This document shows, piece by piece, positions 56,650-64,000 of a DNA stretch of 64,000 bases; position 1 is the stretch's first letter, and each line of letters starts with the position of its first letter. The position numbers and the translations under genes are program-made. The notes below the pieces were generated by a model, which searched no databases, was not told where the DNA came from, and saw only the letters and a list, made by a program, of their open reading frames with translations. The stretch is taken from assembly GCA_963767565.1 (NCBI GenBank), contig CAVYEG010000017.1:27400-91399 (forward strand), given 5' to 3'. The DNA is from an uncultured Actinomycetes bacterium. GTDB taxonomy: Bacteria; Actinomycetota; Actinomycetes; Streptosporangiales; Streptosporangiaceae.

Positions 56650-56815
56650 TCTAAGCATCGGTGGCCGGATGGCCAGGCGCATCGCGCATGGCCGGCGCTC
56701 GGATGGCCGGCGCTGCGATGGCCGGCACTGCATGGCCGGCGCTCCGGATGGCGCTCGGATGCCGCATCCGGATAGCCAGCACACCGGATAGCCAGCACAC
56801 CGGATAGCCAGCCTG
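56650..56815. repeat. Cluster of short non-coding direct repeats: ATGGCCGGCGCT-type units, then CCGGATAGCCAGCACA (16 nt) x2.7
   Basis: The 16-nt units at 56768-83, 56784-99 and a partial at 56800 are indexed from ORF 56606..56791. Upstream there are several copies of GGATGGCCGGCGCT / GCATGGCCGGCGCT. Confidence 0.8.
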
Positions 56816-56847
56816 CGGCGGCTGGCCGGCATGAGGAGGGACCCTTC

Positions 56848-57252
56848 GTGAATCCTGGCCACGGCAGACTCGACGAGCCGATCCGCGACTCGCCAGGCCC
56901 AGTCCAGGGGCCCGAAAGTTGTCGCGCACTCCCCCGGGTCGGCGCGGCGGACGGCCCGACGGAACGGCGGAAGCTGCTGTTCAGGACCAGCGGCCTGGCG
57001 GTCGACCTGGAGATAACCAGCCTCGGCGAAACCTGGCTGGTCGCCGGGCGGCTGATCCCGCGGCAGTCAGCCGTGGTCGATATCCGGCACGCCGAGGGAA
57101 CAGTCACCATCGAGACCGACAGGCTCGGGCGGTTCAGCACCGAAGCAGTTCCACCCGGCCAGGCCCGCCTGCGCTGCCGCCTCGGCGCCGGCCAGGGGCG
57201 GGCCTGCGTCATCACCGGCTGGGTCGCCTTGTGTGCCGAGGACGGCCGTTGA
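56848..57252 (+). CDS. Hypothetical protein resembling the C-terminal beta-rich domain of actinobacterial anti-sigma/zf-HC2 proteins
   Basis: GTG start after GAGGAGGG. The pattern LLFRTSGLAVDLEI...GRLIP...VDIRHAEGTVTIETDRLGRFS...VPPGQARLRCRL...ITGWVAL looks like a carboxypeptidase-regulatory-like fold. Family assignment is from memory only. Confidence 0.45.
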   Translation: MNPGHGRLDEPIRDSPGPVQGPESCRALPRVGAADGPTERRKLLFRTSGLAVDLEITSLGETWLVAGRLIPRQSAVVDIRHAEGTVTIETDRLGRFSTEAVPPGQARLRCRLGAGQGRACVITGWVALCAEDGR

Positions 57253-57398
57253 GCAAGCCCGGGGTCACGCTCTAGCTGAAGATCGAAAATCCCGGTGTGG
57301 AGCGTGGCGGCGATTGCGGCCGATGGGGCACCCACAGCGGGAAACCGCTCCGGCCCGGGCGCTTTGGCGCCCGGGCCGGAGCGGTAGTCGTGCTAGCG

Positions 57399-58892
57399 CT
57401 AGCCGAGGCGTGCGAGCACGGGAACGAACTTCGCTGCGTCGATCGTGCCCCAGCCGGTGGCCAGGTTGTAGCCGGGCCCGGCGTCGAAACCCGTCACGCC
57501 GCCGAAGCTGTTGTTGCCCGACGTGACGCTCACGATGCCCGTGTTCCGGATTCCGTGCTGCTGAAGCCCGCCCAGCAGGTATAGCGCCGGGTTGATCAGG
57601 CCGAGCCGGTGACCAGCCTGCTGGTCGGCTAGGGCGACGATCCCGGACATGATCGGGGTGGCCTCGCTGGTCCCGCCGAAGATGTACCAGCCCGGGTTGC
57701 TGACCCCTGGGCTCTCGATCCCCGCGAAGGACATGTACACCCAGCAGCCGCCGTTGACCGCCGCGCTCATCGAGATGTCCGGCACGCCGCGGCTGTGGCC
57801 GACGACCCGAGAGACGCCGATCTGGTAGAGCGGGCGCGGGAAGATGGCTGAGGTGCCGCCGCCGCTGGCGCCGAAACCGTCGTTCCACACGACGTCTGGC
57901 GCGAGCTTGTTACCGGCCTGGTCCAGGTCAAGCTGCGTGCCGCCGACCGCGGTGACCAGCGGATCCGTAGCTGGCCAGGAAGTCACCCGATACGGGTACA
58001 GGGTCGAGGCGTCGGACTCGAAGTTGGTCGCCCCCTCGTCGCCCGATCCGGCGAGCACCGTTACGTGATGCACGAGGGCATCCTGGAACGCGAACCGCAG
58101 GTCGAGCAGGCTCGAGTAGTTACCGCTGCTGAAGCCGGGGAAGGTGTTCTCGGTCGCGCCGAAGCTCTGCGAGATCACGTCGCCCACGCCCCGATTGATG
58201 AGCGACTCCTCGGCGGCCATGATCTGCGGGAAGCCCGATGTCCCCTCGACCTCGGCGACCGGCGTCTCGGCCAGCACGATGTTGGCACCGGGCGCGATGG
58301 AGTGTGCGTACTCCACGTCCAGGGTGGTCTCCTCGGCCCAGCCGACCATGGTCGAGTTGGTCGGGTCGAACGGCGGGATGGTGCCGAACTGGTCGATCGT
58401 CAGCTTGGGATTGGGGAACCCGAACTGGGCATCGAAGGTCTGCAGGTCGCTCTGGATGGTCGGCGAGCCGAACGCGTCCACGATCACGATCGTCCTGCCG
58501 GCGCCGGTGATCGCGCGGCCGGTGGCCGCGCCGCTGTACAGCGAGTCCAGGTTGTATGCGACCCGGTACTGCACCGGTGTGTAGCAGTTGATCCCGAGAT
58601 CGGCCTGGCACTGCGCGGTGCTTATCGGGGCCGGGAACTGCGCGGACTTGAAGATCGGACCAACCACATCGGGAATGGGGCTAACGGGGGCCGTATGCGT
58701 GGCCGCGCTGGCGGCGGGGACCGCCACGCTCGCGGCGGGCACCGCGATCGACAGCGCGGCCAGCCCGCCGATCGCGGTGACCGGGAGAACGATCCGGGCA
58801 GTCGCTCGCATGAGCGCGGACCGGCCACGCGACACCGCGCGGTGAGGGGACGATACGGCGCTGCGCGCCGACGCTCTGGAGAACACAGGCAT
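57399..58892 (-). CDS. S53 (sedolisin/kumamolisin-like) serine peptidase, secreted
   Basis: WAEETTLDVEYAHSIAPGANI, AGSGDEG, GGTSEATPIMSGIVAL, and an N-terminal signal peptide. The start may be the internal ATG near 58811 (MRATARIVLPV). Confidence 0.8.
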   Translation of the reverse strand: MPVFSRASARSAVSSPHRAVSRGRSALMRATARIVLPVTAIGGLAALSIAVPAASVAVPAASAATHTAPVSPIPDVVGPIFKSAQFPAPISTAQCQADLGINCYTPVQYRVAYNLDSLYSGAATGRAITGAGRTIVIVDAFGSPTIQSDLQTFDAQFGFPNPKLTIDQFGTIPPFDPTNSTMVGWAEETTLDVEYAHSIAPGANIVLAETPVAEVEGTSGFPQIMAAEESLINRGVGDVISQSFGATENTFPGFSSGNYSSLLDLRFAFQDALVHHVTVLAGSGDEGATNFESDASTLYPYRVTSWPATDPLVTAVGGTQLDLDQAGNKLAPDVVWNDGFGASGGGTSAIFPRPLYQIGVSRVVGHSRGVPDISMSAAVNGGCWVYMSFAGIESPGVSNPGWYIFGGTSEATPIMSGIVALADQQAGHRLGLINPALYLLGGLQQHGIRNTGIVSVTSGNNSFGGVTGFDAGPGYNLATGWGTIDAAKFVPVLARLG

Positions 58893-59188
58893 TCCACTCC
58901 TTTAACGACGCCTGGTACCCGCCGAGGAAAGTAGGGGCCCATGGCCAGGCACGCAGGCTCGGGCGAGTCAGGGGCGCGCGCCTGAACCGTTATCCCACAG
59001 GTCGGCACAGAAGTCGATAGATACTGACAATTCATGCTCCGATTCAATGGTCCTCTCTGTTACCTATGTCGTATTGAGCGGAAATGTCAGGAATGGGCCT
59101 ACACGGCGAATTCGCCAGGCGGAGCCTGACCTAACGCGAGTTCCGGAAGTTCGGCGCGACGGCATGCAGTGCGGGCGACGCGGAGGAT

Positions 59189-59806
59189 TCAGCCGCGATG
59201 ACGCAGACCGCGACGGCGGATAAGGGGGCCGTGGGGTGATAGCACGGACCGTTCGGCATGAAAGGCGCACCTACGGCGGGGACCATTGGTCCCTAAGGCG
59301 GCACTGGGCTCACGCAAATAAGCGGCCCACTGGGGGTCGCCGTCGTGCTGAGCGCCCACCAGTCTCCAGTGGGCGCCGCGTGGTACTGCGGGCGGTACCG
59401 CCAGCGTCCAGCCGAGTTCGGAGAGCAGCCGGTCGGCCTTGCGGTGGTTGCAGATCGTGCAGGAGGCGACGCAGTTCTCCCAGGCGTGCGGGCCGCCCCG
59501 GCTCCTGGGGATCACGTGATCGATGGTCTCGGCCCGGCGGCCGCAGTAGGCACAGCGGTAGTTGTCCCGGCGCATCAGCGCGGCTCTGGTCAGCGGCACC
59601 CGGTTGCGGTAGGGCACCCGGACGTAGCGGCTGAGCCTGATCACCGACGGGGTGACCAGCGCGACGGACGCCGCGTGCAGCACCGCACCTGCCACATCAT
59701 CGTGCACGACCTCGGCCTTGCCGCCCAGCACCAGGCATACCGCCCGGCGCAGGCCAACAGTAGTCAGCGGTTCATAGGTCACGTTGAGCAGCAGCACTCG
59801 CCGCAC
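59189..59806 (-). CDS. HNH endonuclease (conserved actinobacterial type)
   Basis: MRRVLLLNVTYEPLTTV...NYRCAYCGRRAETIDHVIPRSRGGPHAWENCVASCTICNHRKADR. The last 25 or so codons look like read-through beyond the usual end. Confidence 0.8.
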   Translation of the reverse strand: MRRVLLLNVTYEPLTTVGLRRAVCLVLGGKAEVVHDDVAGAVLHAASVALVTPSVIRLSRYVRVPYRNRVPLTRAALMRRDNYRCAYCGRRAETIDHVIPRSRGGPHAWENCVASCTICNHRKADRLLSELGWTLAVPPAVPRGAHWRLVGAQHDGDPQWAAYLREPSAALGTNGPRRRCAFHAERSVLSPHGPLIRRRGLRHRG

Positions 59807-59937
59807 TGCACCTCCCGCTGGCGTGGGCCGTCTAACAGAAGCACATGCTCCCAGTGTGTCGCCTGGTACTCGCTTCTGCCACCACCTAAGCGTACAAGGT
59901 CAGCGAGAACATAAGGTGCCAGCATGAAGGACACGGC

Positions 59938-62097
59938 ATGAGCGAGTTTCGCTATCCGGAGGCGCGCAGGCTGGACCTGACCGAGGACGTCCTCGGGTAC
60001 CAGGTCAGTGACCCCTACCGCTGGCTGGAGGACGCGGCCAGCCCGGAACGGGCCGAGTGGCTGGCCGACCAGTCCGGCCTGTACACCGCCGAGCGGGACG
60101 GCTGGCCCGGGCGGGCCGCCCTGGCCGAGCAGGTGCGCGCGCTGCTCAGCGTGGGCTACGTGGGGACGCCGGCCTGGCGCGCCGAGCGGTCCTTCTTCAG
60201 CCGGCGCGATCCGGGCCAGGAACACGGCGTGCTCTACACGCAGGTCGCCGACGCCCCGGCCGAGGTGCTCATCGACCCGATGACCATCGACCCGTCCGGC
60301 CTGACCACGCTGGACGCCTGGCAGCCGGACAAGGAGGGGCGGCTGCTGGCCTACCAGCTGTCCCAGGGCGGCGACGAGGAATCGCTGCTGCGGGTGCTCG
60401 ACGTCGAGACCGGGGCCCTGGTCGACGGGCCGATCGACCGGTGCCGGTACTCGAACGTGGCCTGGCTGCCGGGCGGCAAGGCGTTCTATTACACGCGCCG
60501 GCTGCCGCCGGATGAGGTACCTGAGGGCGAAAGCCAGTACCACCGGCGGGTCTACCTGCACCAGCTGGGCGCGCCCGCCGACGATGACGTGCTGATCTTC
60601 GGCGCCGGCCGGGACAAGACCGACTACTACTCGGTGTCGGTCAGCCGGGACGGCCGGTGGCTCGCCATCTCGGCCTCCCGGGGCACCGCGCCGCGGAACG
60701 ACCTGTGGCTGGCCGACCTGTCGGAATCCGACCCCGCGGCTCCGGACCTGCGCGCGGTGCAGGAGGGCGTGGACGCGCAGACCTGGGTGCGGATCGGGCG
60801 GGACGGGCTGCTGTACCTGTCCACCGACGCCGACGCGCCGCGCGGCCGGGTCGCGGTGGCCGATCCGGCGGCGGCCGATCTGGCCGACCGGGGCAGCTGG
60901 CGGGACCTGATCCGGGAGGACCCTGAGGCCGTGCTGCGCGGGTTCGCCCTGCTCGATGGGCCTGGGCTCGATGGGCCTGGGCTCGACAGGCCCGAACTGA
61001 GCCGGCCGGTGCTGCTGGCTTCGTGGACCAGGCACGCGCTGAGCGAGATCACCGTGCACGACCTGGTCACCGGCGACCGGCTGGGTGAGATCCCGCTCCC
61101 CGGCCTGGGCACCGCCGGCGGGCTGAGCGAGCGGCCCGAGGGCGGGCACGAGGCATGGTTCGGTTACACGGACTACACGACGCCGCCGGTGATCCTGCGG
61201 TTCGACGCGAGGACCTTCCAGGTGACCACCTGGGCCAGCCCGCCGGGCAGCGTGGCGGTCCCGGCCGTGGCCACCCGCCAGGTGACCTACTCCTCGGCCG
61301 ACGGCACGCCGGTGCGGATGCTGATCATCAGCCCGTCGTCGGCGGCCGCTCCGGATGCCGGGCCCTCAGGACCTGACCGGCCGCGGCCGGCCATCCTGAC
61401 CGGGTACGGCGGATTCGACATCAGCCTCACGCCCGCGTTCTCGCCGAACACGCTGGCCTGGGTGTCGGCGGGCGGCGTGTACGCGGTGGCCAACCTGCGC
61501 GGTGGCAGCGAGGAAGGCGAACAGTGGCACCGGGCCGGGATGCTGGAGCACAAGCAGAACGTGTTCGACGACTTCCACGCCGCCGCGGAGACGCTGATCG
61601 GGGACGGGTGGACCACGCCCGGGCAGCTGGCCATCTCCGGCGGGTCCAACGGCGGGCTGCTGGTCGGCGCGGCCCTGACCCAGCGGCCCGAGCTGTACGC
61701 GGCCGTGGTCTGCTCGGCGCCGTTGCTGGACATGGTGCGGTACGAGAGGTTCGGCCTGGGGCAGACGTGGAACGTCGAGTACGGCACCGCGGCGGACCCG
61801 GAGCAGCTCGGCTGGCTGCTGGCCTACTCCCCCTACCATCACCTGGTGGCCGGGACGGCCTACCCGGCCGTGTTGTTCACCGTGTTCACCAGCGACACGC
61901 GCGTCGACCCGGTGCACGCCTTCAAGATGTGCGCCGCATTGCAGTACGCCACCTCGTCTTCTCCTGAGGACCGGCCGGTGCTGCTGCGGGCGGAGGGCCA
62001 GGTGGGGCACGGGGCCCGGGCGGTGAGCCGGTCGGCCGAGCTGGCCGGGGACACGCTCGCGTTCGCCGCCCGCTACACCGGGCTCGTGCTGGAGTGA
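59938..62097 (+). CDS. Prolyl oligopeptidase family serine peptidase (S9A)
   Basis: DPYRWLED at the N-terminus, a beta-propeller region, and a catalytic [11 protein letters not shown] nucleophile elbow with the C-terminal GHG. Confidence 0.9.
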   Translation: MSEFRYPEARRLDLTEDVLGYQVSDPYRWLEDAASPERAEWLADQSGLYTAERDGWPGRAALAEQVRALLSVGYVGTPAWRAERSFFSRRDPGQEHGVLYTQVADAPAEVLIDPMTIDPSGLTTLDAWQPDKEGRLLAYQLSQGGDEESLLRVLDVETGALVDGPIDRCRYSNVAWLPGGKAFYYTRRLPPDEVPEGESQYHRRVYLHQLGAPADDDVLIFGAGRDKTDYYSVSVSRDGRWLAISASRGTAPRNDLWLADLSESDPAAPDLRAVQEGVDAQTWVRIGRDGLLYLSTDADAPRGRVAVADPAAADLADRGSWRDLIREDPEAVLRGFALLDGPGLDGPGLDRPELSRPVLLASWTRHALSEITVHDLVTGDRLGEIPLPGLGTAGGLSERPEGGHEAWFGYTDYTTPPVILRFDARTFQVTTWASPPGSVAVPAVATRQVTYSSADGTPVRMLIISPSSAAAPDAGPSGPDRPRPAILTGYGGFDISLTPAFSPNTLAWVSAGGVYAVANLRGGSEEGEQWHRAGMLEHKQNVFDDFHAAAETLIGDGWTTPGQLAISGGSNGGLLVGAALTQRPELYAAVVCSAPLLDMVRYERFGLGQTWNVEYGTAADPEQLGWLLAYSPYHHLVAGTAYPAVLFTVFTSDTRVDPVHAFKMCAALQYATSSSPEDRPVLLRAEGQVGHGARAVSRSAELAGDTLAFAARYTGLVLE
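60952..60996 (+). repeat. 15-nt tandem repeat, 2 exact units plus 1 diverged, in frame ([15 protein letters not shown]) inside the prolyl oligopeptidase
   Basis: Counted from the ORF translation [20 protein letters not shown]. Confidence 0.8.
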
Positions 62098-62141
62098 GCC
62101 CGGCGGCTCAGCCGGGGCAGGCGCTGGAGTAGGCCGGCGGC

Positions 62142-62918
62142 TCAGCCGGGCGGGGCGCGGAAGTAGGCGGCCGGGGTCTGGCCGGTCTCGCGGCGGAACG
62201 CGGCCACGAACGCGCTGGGGGTGTCGTACCCGACGCGGCCGGCTACGCGGCTGACGGGCTGTCCCGCAGCCAGCAGGGGCAGCGCGGCCTGCACCCGCAG
62301 CAGGGTCCGCCAGCGGCCGAACGGCAGGCCGGCTTCGGCCGTGAAGGCCCGGGCCAGCGTCCGCCCGCTGGCGCCCACCTCGCGGCCCCACTCCTCCAGC
62401 GTCCGCTTGTCGTGCGGGCTGGCCCGCAGCGCCTGGGCGACCTGCCGGGCCGGGGTGCAGGACGGCATCCGGACCTGGATGGCCGCCATCGGCGCCGGGA
62501 TCAGCAGGTCGGCCAGCAGCGCCTCGGCGTGCGCGCGGTGGCTGACGTCGAGCTGGCCGCCCAGGTAGCCGATGAGCTCGGCCAGCAGCCGGCTGGCCGC
62601 GACCGGCGTCGGCTGCGTCCACGCGACTGGGGACAGGTCCGGGTGGATGTACAGGGTGCGCATGGTGGCGCGGCCTTCGGCACCGGTCTCGTGCGGCAGC
62701 CCGGCCGGGATCCACAGCGCCCGGGTCGGCGGCAGCACCCAGGTGGCGTCGCCGGTGATGACGGTGAGTACCCCGCGGGCGGCCCAGGCCAGCTGGTGGT
62801 CGGCGTGCGTGTGCCACTCGAAGCGGGTGCCCACGGGCATAGGGAAGGTGGCGACGACGACGGCCGCCTCGCTGCCTGATTCACTGTCCGGCTCGGGTCC
62901 GTGTCCGGCTGGCGACAC
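62142..62918 (-). CDS. AraC family transcriptional regulator (cupin N-domain + HTH)
   Basis: FEWHTHADHQLAWAARGVLTV...LWIPAGLPHE (cupin) and C-terminal TLEEWGREVGASGRTLARAF...VGYDTPSAFVAAFRRETGQTP. Confidence 0.85.
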   Translation of the reverse strand: MSPAGHGPEPDSESGSEAAVVVATFPMPVGTRFEWHTHADHQLAWAARGVLTVITGDATWVLPPTRALWIPAGLPHETGAEGRATMRTLYIHPDLSPVAWTQPTPVAASRLLAELIGYLGGQLDVSHRAHAEALLADLLIPAPMAAIQVRMPSCTPARQVAQALRASPHDKRTLEEWGREVGASGRTLARAFTAEAGLPFGRWRTLLRVQAALPLLAAGQPVSRVAGRVGYDTPSAFVAAFRRETGQTPAAYFRAPPG

Positions 62919-62974
62919 AGCATGTCAGCCTACGCCCTAGGCCGCTCATCGGCCGGTTCCCTAGCCTCGGAGGC

Positions 62975-63556
62975 ATGAACGAGAACCATGCGAAGCTAAT
63001 GGGCAGCGCGGAGTGGTTCGCGCACATCCAGGACGAGGTGCTGCCGCAGGCCACCGCGGGCGTCGAGCTGGGCCAGGACCTGCTCGAGCTCGGGCCGGGC
63101 CAGGCTGCGGCCACCGACTGGCTGCGGCACCGGGTGCGACGCCTGGTCGCGGTGGAGCACGAGCCCGAGGCGGCGGCCGCGCTGGCGGAACGGTACGCGG
63201 GCAGCAACGTGGAGGTGGTGACCGGCGACGCGGCCGCGCTCGGCTACCCGGACGCGTCGTTCGACACCGTGGCGACCTTCACCATGCTGCACCACGTGCC
63301 CACCCGCGCGCTGCAGGACCGGGTGCTGGCCGAGGCGTTCCGGGTGCTGCGCCCGGGCGGGGTGTTCCTCGGCTCGGACAGCCTGCCCAGCGACGGGCTG
63401 CACCAGTTCCACGAGGGCGACGTCTACAACCCGCTTGAGCCCGCGGCGTTCCTGACCCGGCTGCAGGTCACCGGGTTCGCCGCGATCACCCTGGCCGTGG
63501 ACTACAACCTGGTGTTCACGGCCCGTAAGGAAGGCCCAGACTCGGCCGCGTGCTAA
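62975..63556 (+). CDS. Class I SAM-dependent methyltransferase
   Basis: Motif I LLELGPGQAA, post-I VAVEHE, and VLRPGGVFL. Confidence 0.85.
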   Translation: MNENHAKLMGSAEWFAHIQDEVLPQATAGVELGQDLLELGPGQAAATDWLRHRVRRLVAVEHEPEAAAALAERYAGSNVEVVTGDAAALGYPDASFDTVATFTMLHHVPTRALQDRVLAEAFRVLRPGGVFLGSDSLPSDGLHQFHEGDVYNPLEPAAFLTRLQVTGFAAITLAVDYNLVFTARKEGPDSAAC

Positions 63557-63640
63557 GGCCGGCTTTCGGCTGAGGGCAGGCCCGCCGGGCGCCGCCACGC
63601 AGTAGCCTCGCGTGGAGTGGCACCTAGCGGAGGGAGCTCT

Positions 63641-64000
63641 GTGTTTCACGCCACCAGCCTGGGCCTGCTCGACTCCGGTGGTTCGCTGACCGGGAGCTGC
63701 GGCGACAACCCGGGCATCGCCTGCCGCCTGACCTGGGACCTCACGCACAGCACGAACGCGGCGCAGGTGGTCCGGGTCTACCTGGCCGGGCCGGTCTACC
63801 AGGGCCTGCGGATCGCGTTCGTCATCGTGCTGGCCTTGCTGTTCCGGTTCATCCTGCACCGGGTGATCAACAAGATCACCGAGCGGGCGGCAACCGCGTC
63901 GCTGCCGGTGGCCGCGAACGGCCGCGCGCACAAGGCGGCCGCCGCGGTCCACATGGGCGGCACCGAGCGGCGCGAGCAGCGGGCCCGGGCCCTCGGGTCG
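63641..64000 (+). CDS. Mechanosensitive ion channel (MscS) family protein, N-terminal part; runs off the window
   Basis: GTG after GGAGGGA. CGDNPGIACRLTWDLTHSTNAAQVV...IAFVIVLALLFRFILHRVINKITERA resembles the N-termini of actinobacterial MscS-family proteins (from memory). The frame is open to the window end. Confidence 0.45.
   Translation, partial: MFHATSLGLLDSGGSLTGSCGDNPGIACRLTWDLTHSTNAAQVVRVYLAGPVYQGLRIAFVIVLALLFRFILHRVINKITERAATASLPVAANGRAHKAAAAVHMGGTERREQRARALGS

Noticed and set aside
56604-57335. Minus-strand ORFs 56604..57335 and 56206..56862, which cover the repeat cluster.
   Set aside because: They are repeat-driven low-complexity translations (PSAGH..., AGYPVCWLSG... duplicated). 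They overlap better-supported plus-strand features and match no family.

Overview
This is a very GC-rich (about 70% by eye) chromosomal segment of a high-GC actinobacterium. I can support about 55 protein-coding genes. I recognised no rRNA, tRNA, CRISPR array, transposase or integrase.

**Backbone.** The minus strand carries the conserved actinobacterial block dapA-rnj ... ftsK-(RodZ-like)-rimO-pgsA-cinA-clgR, running from 38.1 kb down to 24.2 kb. A roughly 4-kb accessory insert splits it between rnj and ftsK. The insert holds a 2-hydroxyacid dehydrogenase, a DinB/TIGR03086 protein, an AraC regulator and an AbiEi/DUF559-like protein.

**Left arm (0-24 kb).**
- a frameshifted GNAT, a serine hydrolase, a PIN toxin with no intact antitoxin, and TenA
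- ArsR, a cyclase-family protein and an orphan conservon-type (CvnA-like) kinase
- an APC permease and two tandem paralogous NB-ARC/TPR STAND NTPases
- a ROK-regulated sugar ABC importer whose downstream GH3 beta-N-acetylhexosaminidase gene is frameshifted
- a TetR/aldo-keto reductase pair, an ABC-2 exporter and Rrf2

**Right arm (38-64 kb).**
- a lipoprotein, a HlyD-like adaptor and a processive GT2 synthase, which I read as a candidate exopolysaccharide module
- an orphan sugar-binding protein and a PadR/MacB-type ABC module
- a LacI-linked sugar ABC operon with its own MsiK/UgpC-type ATPase, a decayed ATPase duplicate and a PfkB kinase
- an S53 peptidase, an HNH endonuclease, a prolyl oligopeptidase, an AraC/methyltransferase pair and the start of an MscS-type channel

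**Most unusual sequence-level property.** The window holds many perfect short tandem repeats. Periods of 15, 21, 24 and 30 nt lie in frame at protein termini, and periods of 16, 17, 18 and 69 nt lie in intergenic DNA. Several clean palindromic operator candidates sit next to one-component regulators.

Coordinates of non-coding elements were indexed by hand against the ORF track and may be off by 1-2 nt.
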